Positions 11,671-24,300 of a stretch of 64,000 nt of DNA are shown here, one piece after another. Origin of the DNA: Amoebophrya sp. A120 (taxonomy: Eukaryota; Protista; Dinoflagellata); the NCBI GenBank assembly GCA_905178155.1, contig CAJINV010000019.1:14237-78236 (forward strand), written 5' to 3'. Each line of letters begins with the position of its first letter. The first letter of the stretch is position 1. The notes beneath the pieces are model-generated. The model was not told the DNA's origin and did no database searches. It was given only the letters and a program-made list of their open reading frames with translations. The translations under genes and the position numbers were made by a program.

Positions 11671-14600
11671 TCATCTCCTCCTTTGCCCCCCGCTGTTGTT
11701 TTTCGTTCCCCCGCCGGAAACTCCAGATGATCCAGGCGAAGATGCTTTGAAACTCGCTGGGCTCTTCGGATGTATACCACTACCACCACCTGTAGTTGTT
11801 CCGATGGTCGGCGAGGATGGCGCGGCTCCGGTATTTGTTCTCGCGGCTGCTCCTGCGCTAGAACTACTTGTAGTACCGCCAGGCTTTACTATTCTTCCTT
11901 TCAGCGTCTGCGAGATGGACAATTGTTCCATGTCCGAGCTGGAAAAGAGGCCCACGTCTATCCTAAGCAAAAACGTCCCCACGAGCCCATAGTCAAGTTG
12001 GGAATCTAGCAACACAAATCTTCAAGTTTTGGGAGCTGTATATGACAAGTTTTCCTCTGCAGTGTAGTTGGGGTTGGCAAGGGGAGCCGCACGAGAAAGC
12101 CATTTTCTCATCCTGTTGAAAGCATTACAAATTCCTCCAAAACACGGCTGGAAATGCCTCTCATGGAGCTGCACATTTGCATGACAACTCTGCGGTGGGG
12201 ACGTTTTTAATCAGGATAACGTCCTCGCCACCATTAGCGTTTGCCTCCCGGACGAGATTCACATTCATGTCCAGCTGCTGTTGTTTCTGTATTTTTGAAG
12301 CGGACGAAGATGTTGACCCTCCTGCTATGCTCGGACTTTTATTTGCCACCAGAGGAGGGGAACTAGAACTACTCGCCGATGCGGACGCTCGTCCTGCCGA
12401 GGGTCGCGCGAAAAAGGACGCCCCAACAGGATCTTGGTGTTGCTGTTCACTCGAACTGGGGTAGTTATTTTCTACATTCGACGAGGAGCTCGTCGTCGAT
12501 ATCAGTTGCGGGGACGTCGTCGCCCCGAACATGCCGCGGAAGCGGTTTTCCAGGTTTTGCGTGGTGTTTTGGATGTTGCTCAGAATGCTCTGCGTGTTTG
12601 GGAGGTTGATAGGTAATGACGAGGTCAGGGACTGTTGCTGCGAAGGATCTGTTGACGCGACACCGAATGTTGAAGCTGAACTGTGTGAGGATGATGTTCC
12701 GGAAAAACCATTGCCACCATTCTGGTCCTGATATTGGTGTGCTCTTGAATACTGTGACGGCTGCTCGCCACCGCGAGGTGGCGCTGAAGCGCTGGTACCA
12801 TGGAAAGCTTGCGTGCCGCCGGAAGTTGTCGTAGTGATCCCCGCAACATTCGATGCCGAGGTCAAACCGTGCTGGTCATGATGGTTTACTATTCCGTTCT
12901 GCTGTAGTTGCCCGTGACTGCTGCTGTCTATTGTGTAGTCGTGGTTGTGGTCTTTCGACGCGGTGGAATTCAGGTTCGTGGAGCTCGAGTGCAGATTGGA
13001 GTGCGGCCGGTCCTTCTTGAAGGCGTCGGGCAAAATGGCCTCGAATGCACCCTGCATACCGGCCTTGTGCAAAGTCTCGTCCTGCAGGGCGTCGACCAGG
13101 GTGTCCTTGAAAGCCGCTTGCGGAGTGTGCCAGGGGAAAAGAAACAGTAGCCGTTTTATTTGCAACACCGTGTAGTTAGCATGCATAATCATGCGTAAGC
13201 GCATTTTTGCAACTATACACAAAAAGAACGGACGCGGACGAAGTTGTTCTTCAATTCAGCTTTCTATCGCCGTCAATGTTGAGATGAATAAACACTTCGG
13301 ATCTTTTTCTTGAGGAACTACTACACGACGAAGGGTACAGTTACAGCTTTCCGTAGCATAGAACTCAGGGTCCCGCAAAGCGTCACGGACGCCGGCCTTG
13401 ATCGCGCCCATTGCTTATCAACTGCAAAAACACGACTTACTTTGTCAGAAGGGGTACAAGGGAATCTGAAAACTTTATGCTTTCAGTACTGCTGAGACTG
13501 AGAGTTTGATGAAGCTTCTGATGAAACGCCGCCTGGGAGCACCCACACGGGGGCATCACAACCTTCCTTCATGGACGTGCTCTGCCGGGCAACGACGAGC
13601 CGACCGAGTCCCAGCAAAATACATGACATAGATGCAACGATCGGAAAGCAAATCTGACACATCTGGTCATGCAGATTTTATATCTTTCTTCTGACCCAGG
13701 CAGTGAATTTGCAATGCGTATCGCGCCTTTCAGGATGGCGCGGTGGAACCGTGCGTCGGATAGCATCTCGATAACCAGGTGTTTACCTGATGTAGTGAAG
13801 TCGCATACATGGATCTTACTTTGTCATGCGCATTTTTGCACGACAAAAGCCATTTCTCATGCACGCTAGGGAAGTAAAACCCAAGAAAGTAATTTGCTTT
13901 GCACACTCCACCTCAATGTCATCAAGAGAAGACGCACTTTATACCCATTTGCGTGAGCTCCTCGTCCTGCACCGCGGCTGTGAATCCCGCGCGAATGGTA
14001 TCCTAAGGTAAAACGTCCCCATCCCAGAGTCAAGATGGGGATTTTGCACCACAAACCTCGAAGTTTTGGGAGTCATGCATTACAAATTGCAGGCTCTAGT
14101 GTAGTGCAATTTAGCAAGGGATGTCGCATCACAAATCCATCTGCTTATCCTGTTTACAGCATTACAAGTTTCAAAACACGATCGGAAATGCCTATCATGG
14201 GGATGCGCATTACAAATGCTCTTGTGCTCGCAGATCTGCATGACAACTCTGGGGTGGAGATGTTTTTACACAGGATAAATGGCCTTCACCATGGCGGAGT
14301 GCAGATTTTCGTTGTCCAGCGCGTGCAGAAAAATCTCCCGCAACAGTAGCCGCACTTCCTCGTCCAGCAGCGTATTCAGTATGCCGTCCCCAATGACCTT
14401 ACGCAATTCCTTGTCCGCTGCTAACTGGTGCGCGAGCCGCACGAAATTCTCGCGGAATTTTGGGTCCTGGACGGAAATGCCGCCAATTTTCTCCAGCCGG
14501 TTGCACACGTCGTCGGAGAGAAAGAGCTGTCCGGCGGCCGCGCACGTCTCCGGGCTCTCGCTCGCGGCGGTCAGACTGGGGCCCAGGCTGTTGCACATGG

Positions 14601-15472
14601 TTTTGCTGTATGCATTGCAAATATGTCTGGGTCTGGAAACTTGGGATGCTGGGTGGCGTATCATGTGGAGGCCACAAGTGCTGGCTCAGCATGACAAGTT
14701 TCTGAGCTTCTTGGTGTTGCCTATTCTGCATGACAAACTGCGTTTCTGCATGACAGAAAAGTGGGGCTCTTGGGTAACGTGCATGACAGATTTAAGAGCC
14801 ATGCCAGACAAGCATGACAAACATGCATATCTTCCAGACCCAGATATATTTGCACTTAATATGCTGAGGGAGGTGTCCAAGAATTGCTGGAAGTTCGCCG
14901 ACTGGAAAGATTTTCGCAGCACTTCCACCACTCTCTCCTCGAAAGTTGTTTTATTTGCACCGGTCGCAGTAGTTTCTTGGCTTTGCTCTTGCGACGCTGG
15001 AGGTGCAGCCGCTGCACCCGCACCCGCCCCGGAGGTCGTCGTGAGAATAGCTGCTGTTTTCGCGTTCTTCGTTTGATGAAACATATCAAATGCAATTATG
15101 TCTGGGTCTGGAAGATTGCCGGGTTTGTCATGCATATTTTGCATGACCCATCGTGCCTGTAGTGCATGACTTAGCATCACAGATTTTTGGAAGGCTTTCT
15201 GATGCCTACTCCGCATCACAAGTGCCCTCTCCGCGTAGCGCAATCTGGGCTCCTCTTGTTGGTCATGCAATACAGATTTTTTTTAAATCCAAAGACAGCA
15301 TGACAAGTTTGGATCCTTCCAGACCCAGACATATTCGCAATGCATAAAACACCCGGTCCGCCAGGGCGGGAAACACGTGGAGGAGCATTGTGAGGAGAAA
15401 CACGAGGGTCAAGAGCGTGGTCATGACCTGGGTACAGAACTGGAGAGTGAGGGAGATCAGGGAGGACAACAT
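11671..15472 (-). CDS. Hypothetical protein: N-terminal hydrophobic segment, helical repeats (DEEL/DPEF/DETL), S/T-rich C-terminus
   Basis: Frame restored across six introners (RVFHQTK, SLSKTMC, KAIRAGF, GAMGAIK, DPEFQAAF, EDVGLF) and one GT-AG intron. Confidence 0.75.
11959..12218. mobile_element. Introner family B
   Basis: TSD acgtc/acgtc. Confidence 0.9.
13126..13360. mobile_element. Decayed introner
   Basis: TGTGC...GCATA ends; removing element+5 gives DPEFQAAFK. Confidence 0.6.
13416..13720. mobile_element. Older introner (A-like)
   Basis: Degenerate TIR; flanks ttgct/tcgcg (3/5); gives KGAMGAIK. Confidence 0.75.
13999..14277. mobile_element. Introner family B
   Basis: TSD aatgg/aatgg. 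Confidence 0.9.
14609..14861. mobile_element. Introner family A
   Basis: TSD tgctg/tgctg; internal sequence close to 27092 and 57710. Confidence 0.9.
15084..15346. mobile_element. Introner family A
   Basis: TSD aaaca/aaaca. Confidence 0.9.
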
Positions 15473-16082
15473 TTTCTTTTATGGCAGCTGTTGTATCTAC
15501 AGGAAATTATCCGGCGTCGTGCTACAGGTAGTACTGGCAAGTAGCTGCAAAAAACCCTGCAGCTCCCAGTGTACTCGATTATGTCAATCCCCAAAACGTG
15601 TCTGCGCGGGAGAACAACATGCGGAAGGCCTCTCGTAGCAGGTTCCCGTTGATGTGAGACACCACGAAGACGACGGACAGGACTGCTATCAAGTGCGTCG
15701 GGAGTACCGGGTATCGCGTGGGACAAGAGCCATTTCCGCATAAAGTCGATGATCCCACCATGCAAAAAAATGGCACGTGCAACGAGTTTAGAGATAAACT
15801 GCGTAGTAGTCGTTCCATCGTTTGCATGTTGACACACAAGTCGTCCGGACGATAGTGTTACCGACGAAATAACTGGCAAAAATAACCTAATACGCTCGCA
15901 CCCGAGCAGACCCACTTAAAGACCGGATACGACTGCAATCGAGCGGAATGAATCCGATTTCTTCAAAACAAATACATAGCCAGCCCGCATCAGCCAGGTA
16001 AGAAATGCAGGTACTTAAATCCAAATCACGGGAGCAATACAGAGCTTTCGAAACCTTTATCACGCGGAGATGACTATGGCCT

Positions 16083-16592
16083 TTATTTCCCACACGATAC
16101 GTCTTCCACCAAGTACGTTTGCGGGTCGGAGATCACTAGGAGGATGAAGAGCCCGACGGTGAAAAAATAGGAGTAAACAATGAACCGCAGGTGGAGTTGG
16201 CGAATGTCGTCGTTGTGCTCCTGATCTTCGCCCTGATCTTCCTCCTCGTCTTCGTCCTCTACTGGATCGTCGGCTTCGATAAGTTGTGCGGCTTCTGCTT
16301 CGCCTTCCGGGTGGTGAATGAAAATACCGTTATTTGCATCGAGAAAAATCTCCTCGTTGTTCACAAGATTCCTCGGCGGGTTTGGGTCTTCTACTCCAGG
16401 CTGGTTTATTTGTAGTTCCTCAGGCGAGACAAACTCCCCGTGGTCGTGGACATTTTCTTCAGCTCCGTGCTGTAGCGCCACTGCTTGTTGAGCTGACGCT
16501 CCTGGGACTGTCACTTCTTCACGTCCAACGTCCGCCGCTTGGTCGACGTCCTGGGTTCGTTCGTCTTGACCCCTGCCACCCACTGCGTCCAT
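16083..16592 (-). CDS. Possible acidic protein fragment with C-terminal TM segment
   Basis: 169-aa ORF, E/D-rich followed by hydrophobic FIVYSYFFTVGLFILLVI. No homology recognised and boundaries uncertain. Confidence 0.35.
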   Translation of the reverse strand: MDAVGGRGQDERTQDVDQAADVGREEVTVPGASAQQAVALQHGAEENVHDHGEFVSPEELQINQPGVEDPNPPRNLVNNEEIFLDANNGIFIHHPEGEAEAAQLIEADDPVEDEDEEEDQGEDQEHNDDIRQLHLRFIVYSYFFTVGLFILLVISDPQTYLVEDVSCGK

Positions 16593-19500
16593 GCATCAGA
16601 AACTGTATTCGTCTGTGGGGTATAGATGAGGGTGTGCTTAGTTTGCTGCTCTACTGCCTCCCTGAGACGAGTAGCATAAGGTACCGGCTCGTAGTTACCA
16701 GGCTGGACCGGAAAGTCAAACTCACGATCTCCCGGCGCCAGGCATTCACCGGATCCGGGAACGCGCAAATTTTAGGAGTATCCACACGACTAGATCACAA
16801 TGAGATGAAGAAGTAGCGCAGAGACCAGTTGGACTTCTTCTTACCCGGGGCAACCTTGGTCATGCTTTTCCAAACAGGGAAGGGGGGCCGGAACAATTTT
16901 GTCGCCGATAGGGATCATATTGACGTCCAAATCAAGGAGTTATGTACGGAGGCTTCATGAAGCGCAATGTTTGAGTAATTCCATTGTACTTAAATCGAAA
17001 CCGAAAGGGGGAATAAGATAAAATGGTCTTGCTCAATAGAGGCAGTAGTAGAGGAGGTCCTGAAGAAAGTGTATGTTTTTATCATGTGTGACCTGAAATC
17101 TTTTAGAAGATCCCGTCGCAGCTGTTGCACGTTTCGCTTGAGGACAGCGACATACTTCGTAGAATATTGTGATCTTGAGCGACAACTGGAAAAAAAAACG
17201 CACCGGCGTATCCAAGCTGGTCGCGAAAAAAACTGTGAGAAGTATGCGCTCGATGGCATCTAGTAGAAAGAAACCGCTCCATTCTCTTCTAGAAAGAGTC
17301 CAAGGAAGTTGTGAACTCCTGATCCCAGAAAAATGAAAAAACTGTCTGGCCATTCCTTTTGGTCGGGTGATTATGGCTGGTGGACCGACGCGGAGTGATA
17401 TTGGGACATCAAGCAGACCACATTGTTGTATTTGAACACCAACACATGAAATCATTTTACATCAAAGCCGGCCCTGATTCAGGACTTCGGCGTTACCCCT
17501 GCTCCTGCGCGCAGGGTTCTTTATGTTTTCACACACACACGTCTTACTAGTATGCATGGTCCTCGCAGGTGCTGGAGGTGTAATCAGGACGCATTTTTGT
17601 ACAGTACTGCTTGCGACTTTTTCGTATGTACATGTTGGTTACCTGCTAAGGAAAATTCGTGTGGTGTCTTTTTGTTTTCAACGGCATTTAATACATATTT
17701 TTCCGAGCGTGTAAAGGTAAACTAATTTTTTCAGCCTCTCAGGTGGTAGTCTGTCGCTGTGAGTTCTTAGTCATCTACAGTTGCTATATATTCGTAATCG
17801 TAAATTGTAATTGGCGCGATATCGTCCGCAATGCGCCGAAAAGAAAGCCGGAGGACTTTCTAACCTCACTACATACTATTCATTGCTCGTGAACTCTGAT
17901 GGGTATCTTGTAAATGCAGTTCATCCAGTTGATTTGTCTTGTTTCATGCTTGCACGAAATTACACTGTGGTTGGCAAAGTCAGTCAGGAACAACCACTGT
18001 CAAACAATATTCTCAATGTTCTGCGTGTTTTATTCTCAAAAGATGCTCAAGTCAAACAATTTTTTTTCAATCATACAGACCGTCGTTTGTTCGGGGTAGT
18101 ATTATTTTGATGAGTCTATCATAGTCTCCTTTTTGGAAATTGTAGATAGTGTTTTTTGAAAAGTGTTTAGAAACAACAAGTACGGGGGAGACATACGGAA
18201 TTTGCATGCGGATAAAACAGTTTCAGATTCACGCGACGACGCAGCTTGTCACCGCTCGATGAAGTTGGAGTAATCAAGGAGCAGCACCACCGCTAGGTAC
18301 GCAATATTTTAAATGTACACATAAACGGCTGCAGCATTCCGCTCGAGTAAGTCTTTGTTTCGCTTTACTCTATATTTTTTCTGTCGTTTAACTTTTTTTT
18401 TTCAAAAAGTTCTTGTAAGAAAATACAAGTGTTTTCGTTCTCTGTAGTTCGTTGCTTCTTTCGAGTTCATCTCATGTTGTAAGTAGAAGTTTTGCATTAA
18501 TTTCAGCGAACTTTCCCCGTTTTTCAATTCGTCGATGAAATCGTGCTCACGAATTCTGCGTCACGTCCTCGCCCGGCTCGGTGGTCCCCGCAGAGCCGGC
18601 GTTGGTTTCCACGGAGCGGTGCGCTTTATGCTTGCAAAGCCACCCACGCAGGATGACTCTAAAAATATCCTCAAGCAGCAGCGTAGTCTTGAGTGTAGTA
18701 TTTGGTTCGTCCACTTTGAATTTTCCTCATGATCAATGCATGTAATTATGTAGAGCACTCATCGTAGAAAGACGTGCGATTTTGTTGACATGCAAAACGA
18801 AGACAGTTGGCAGTCATAATAGAAAAGAAAACGGCACGGATCCTCATCAAACGCGGGTAGGAATTTGATTCCCGGAATAAAACGTATTCGCGTTGTCGTT
18901 CCCGGTGTTGAAGGTCGTAGTCGCCCGCGTGTCTTGCTCCACGGCGGTTGCTTATCAGCGAGAAGAAAGGCACTGAGCGTTTCTCGTTTTCCAGGTGCAT
19001 TATCAAGTCAATATGTGAAACATGGCACGGACAACTATGAACGCAGTGATAGTCTTCATGCAAAGGCAAACGCAAAAATACCGCGATCGGACGCGGACAC
19101 GCGGAGGAGCAGCAACAAACACGGCGCAGGTCAAAAGAACTTCGTACTTATTGACCGCATGGGTGCTCGCTGCACTGCACCGTGTCCTCGCCAGACATTC
19201 GAAATTCTTGCCAAAGAATGCCACCATTGGACTGGGAAAACGCCCAGATCGCTTCCATAAGTCTCCATCGTCGGAGATGATCCTCGTTGTCGTCGTTTTC
19301 GTGACGCCCTGAAATAGTTCGTTTCCATGATGACGGCCATTGTCATCCTGATAATGTACATGATATTAATTTAGCAGTGGTTCGTTTGTGAACAAATTTT
19401 TGTGGTGCAGCCTTGTCCCCTGACCCCTGTGAAGCAGGTCATGCGTGAAATTTCAAAGTTGACAATGTTTTTTTTTCCTCACCGCTTCATACAGGCTTCG

Positions 19501-21360
19501 CATCTTCATGAACTACATTTAAATGTAAACGAAAGAACAAGATCAAGGCGAAGAACAAGAAGGAGACTGAAGTCATTTAATAGTAAGTAAAAAAGTAAAA
19601 GTAGAAGGATGTCGGCAACGAGGCCAACCGTACCGAAGCATCTGGAGTTGTTTTCTTTTTCGCGTGGCTTTTCTCTGCGAATGAGTACTGAGAGCGGGGG
19701 TACCACTGCGCCTGGTGCGCGGTCAGTTGGGACTGCCCTGACGGCAGGGTCTGCGGTCCTCCGATATAGCGCGCGCCGGGAGCAGCTTGTCCAGTTGTCG
19801 GGTCGATTCCGCCACGTAACACCGTTGCCGGTCTTCCTCTTGGTTGAAACCTGGTGACCCATTGTTGGACATTTTGATTGAGAAAGACATCAGGGAATTC
19901 CTCGACTTTTGATGATCTGGATGTGTTCTACTAGGAGCGGTCGGGGGCTAGCTCGGCTAGCTATGGCCGGGCCCGGGCCTGCGTCTCGCACATAATAAGT
20001 TTGCCGTTGAATATATACAATTAAGTAAGTATAGGAGATGAGCACGAACGCCAGCGAAGAGACAACCGACGCATCTAAATAAGCAACCTCAACTAACAAA
20101 CACCGCTACATAGTCCACCCAACCGCCGAGGGGGACTCGGACGGCTGATTCGTGTTGTTGGATCTCCGGTGAGTCATTTCATGGCAACCAACTCCCTCGC
20201 GGAGTCACGGCCTTGGGAGCACCCTAACCAATCGATCCCAGGGGGAAGCCCTGTGGTGGCGCCCTGGTGCCTTGTTGATCCGGCTCTGCTCCCTGGGGGA
20301 AAGAGAGGCGGACGCCCGAGGTTCTTTATTTACGTAAACATAAACTACTGGGTAAAGCAACTCCGAATAGTTCTGAGGTTGATCATCTCAAAAAACGCAG
20401 AAGTGGAAGTGTATCGCTATGCACAAGAATAACAGGTACGATTACGCATAGATACAAGCAATCACTCGGCTCCAACAACTTCATCATACATAAATCAATA
20501 TTATTCATCAACCTTCAAACCTTGCTGTTGCACGCCCGTTGTCGTGCGGGTGTTCTTGCGGTTGCGCTGGGTATCCGACCTGTTGTCGGAATTCGGGACG
20601 ATCGATCGGACCTTCCGACGCCGCCGTCGTGATGGTCCCGGGCGTCCAATCGACCCCCGTCGCTGGTCGCTCCGTTGGCGTACACCAATTGAACAACCTC
20701 ATCATCTGCAAAGTCTTCGAATGCTGGATTTGCAACACGGTGGAGCCCATGATACCACTGGTTGTCGACGGATCCTGTTTTCGTATAGGATGGTTGTCGG
20801 AATCTGATGACTCAGTCACCATATTTCTTTCGGCGCACGCCGATCTTTTCGGATTTCATACGGATACGTCTGCGAATGGGAACTCTTTACCCTCATTATC
20901 GCCAGACTGAGGAGTAGTTGTATTTTACGATCTTGCGGCGCGGATCGTGTGCGCCCATCGGTCTGGTGAATGGAAGCGCACGACATACGTGCCCATAGTA
21001 GCACAGCCGACTAGTGCTTTCGCGGATTCTCAGCGGCAGCGCCCTTTGGCCGAATTTTCAATGGCTTTCGGTGGTTTGAAGATAGTTATGTGGGAGTGGG
21101 GTATCTAAAGAACTTAATCTAGGGAGCCAGGCGATTCCTAATAAAGTGCGCTTGGTCTTTTATGATATCGGCTGCTCACTCGGTGGTGGCGCAGATACAG
21201 TACACCCTGCCATCTTGAGGGGTTTCAAGATCGGACCCGGGGGAAACTGAAACATACTATACAGGGGAAAAGAAGAGACTACAAGAAGCCAAGGCAGTCC
21301 CCCCGGGTAGATTTATGGGCCAGGCACGATACTAGAAGAAGAAGAAGAAGTACTGCAGGA

Positions 21361-24300
21361 TTATGCATAGGCGTAGCCCTTAAAACACGCCGAGACGCGG
21401 TCTACTCCGCAACAAGACCGCAGCCGGAATTTTGTGCGAGAAGTAAGTAGGCCTAGGCCACCACCCTTCTGGCCACCGAAGCGATTCGCAGAGCACCAGT
21501 GCCGCCGGATGCTGGCGATGTATCTGTCCGGACCGCCGGATGGCGATGAATCCGAAGAAAGACGAACCGATTTTTTTGTTTGTGACCCGTGCCTTGGATC
21601 CACCGATCCGAGTTTTTGATGTGACTCGCAAGGTAAAGAACGGCACACAACAGAGGTAAAAACGTCTTTAAATACCTGTCCATCCTGAACATCTTCCATC
21701 GCTTCGCCGCAGTACTCGCCGAACTCCGTGGCAGTGACGCGCCCGTCGTCATCCATGTCCGCCGCGTGCACCAGCTCCGCGTTTTCGGCTTCGTCGATCA
21801 CGAGGTCGTATCCAGCGCAAAATCATCGCACTCAGTCATCGTAGTAATTCTTGCAACCACGCATGGCAAATCTGGTGCTGGTCTCATCTGTAGGTAATTC
21901 ACTGTGTTTCTAAATTCAATTTGTCATGCGCATGCCGTTACTACTAGTACGATATTTTTGCAATGCATAGGTCGCGGTTTGCGTCCTGGTGTTCAAAGGC
22001 GGTCAGCATACCGGTCTCGTTCATCGATTTGAAGAGGTCCAAGGTACCATTGTCCTTCACGGTTTGGTGTCCGGCTTGCGCCTATCCATTGCAAATATGT
22101 CTGGCTTTGGAAGATGAATGCTGGTCTGTCTTGCTTGGCCGACAAGACAGAAAGGTCTGTCATGCTTGGTGCGCTACAGATGTGCAACTTGCTTGTCATG
22201 CAAAAAGGCCGCCATTTGTCATGCGGTTCACGCTAGACATCACCGCTCAGAAACTTGTCATGCGCGGCCCCCTAACACAAGTTGTGTATTACTTGGACAT
22301 TAGCATCACAACTTTCCAGAGCCAGACATATTTGCAATGCGTAGGGCCTGGTACCGCGTGATCCCGTAATTTTCCATCAATTCCCGGTCCATCTCCTCGT
22401 CGTTGTGTCAGGAGGAAAAGTTTCTTCATCCCATACTCGAGCGAAATTTGTCTAGCGTAATCTGCCTACACAATCTCACTTTGTCATGCACAGGCGCATG
22501 CTAAGCGTAGTCCTGTCTAAGGCTGAAGGTGTACATCGCACGTAGCTGTTTAGAAGCATGGCAGACACTGAACCGCAATAGAGATGTCATGGTGCTGATG
22601 AAATAAGTCGTGGTCTTCTACGGCATTGCCCCCGTCTTGCAAGACAGGTACCATCTGTGCCCGGAAATCAGCATCACAAATTTTCCTTTTCCGCGCTGGA
22701 ACAAAGATGAATGACTTTTCTGTTTGATACCTCTTCGTCTTTCCATACGTGTGCCATCCTCAGGTCGATTGCGACCTCCTCCTCTTTATGCACTGCAAAT
22801 ATGTCTGGGTCTGGAAGATTGCAAGACTTGTCATGTTGGGAAACTAAGGGCAGGGCGTCCCTGTGTAAATTGTCGTAAAACAGTAGCCGCCTACCCAGCA
22901 ATAAACTCTAGCCGAAATAGATTTGGACAAAATAATCACTACCGAGAGACAACAACAAAGAGCTCCTGGGACGGCTGCAGGATGAGCTTTTGTCGTTATC
23001 TAAGTAGGGATAATCTTGTATGCAAACCCATAACTCTAGCGCCGAGGGAGAAAAGAAAAGTAAAAAAGCGGTAAAGCATCTACTATGACACAGACCCATC
23101 TACGAAAAAACCCATCTCAAAAAAGTGAGGTGAGAAGCAATGTAGTTGCTTTGCAAGACTTGTCATGCAGGTTTTCCACGACTGATGAGGTCTGGAATGC
23201 AGGGCGTCGCATGACAGATTCTGTGAGAGTTCTATCATGCCTCTCTTGCATGAGAAACTGCCTCTCGATTAGGTCAAAAGTGGACAACTCTTGGCAATCA
23301 TGCAACACAGTTTTTTGCCTGATTCAGATCTAGCATGACACGTTGTAATCTTGCACACCCAGCAGACACATTTGCATTTGATACTCTTCCGGCGACATGA
23401 GGGGTTGCGGTAGTGATCTCGGGGGCACAGGCGGGATACCTTGTTCTGCGGCGCTCAACCACCGCTGCGGCTCGTCGTGATGCTCGTCTGTGTCGGCGGA
23501 CGGCGCAGCAGTGGTTGCGTTCGTTTCTTTATCATGAGAAAAAAGTGTTACAGTTACACACTTGTTGGAGTTTCCGCATCACAAATTTTCTCTGCCTGGC
23601 AGAGAAAACTTGTAATGCGAAGATCATAAGGGAAAACAGGAAGGAAACGAGGCTCCTAAGCATTTCCTGCATGAGAAAGGTTGTCTGTGTTGCCGCTCTT
23701 GCAACACAATGTGTAACTGTAACACTTTTTTCTTGCGATATTCTTGCAGGGTTTCGTTGTTTTCCTCGGCTTGCTGCTCCCCGTACTTGTAGATGGCGCC
23801 CTTGTTCGTGGCAACTTCATTCAGCACCTTCTTGTCCTCCAGAAAGCTGGCGTCGCTTTTGCTGGTGCTTCCGGTCTCTTCGTATCAAACGCAAACATGT
23901 CTGGGTCTGAGAGAAAACAGACAGTTGTGATCCAGCCTTTGCAAGTGCAAGAGGGTCCTTAAGAGGCACTGAGCATGACAAATTCATCTGCGGAGGGTTC
24001 TCGTTTTTCATGCCTAGTCTGCATGAGAAATGCCATTAATAAGCCATCCTGAGGACAAAAAGCACGCATCTTTTGCTAAAAGTACGTATGCAACACAGAT
24101 TTTTATTTTGCCTGTTCCAGAATCCACATCAAAAGTTTGCAGTCTTCGAGAAGATGACCCAGACATATTTTCAATGCATATCTCGGCGGGGGCAGTCGAA
24201 GTGGTTGTCGCACCAGCTTCATCGTCCTTCTCTACTTCATATCAAATGCAAAAGTGTCTACTGGGTCTGGAAGAATACAAACTTGTGTTGCGCATTTCAG

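Noticed and set aside
16600-21360. Hidden gene or degraded TE in the long spacer
   Set aside because: Only short ORFs without motifs; could not be supported.
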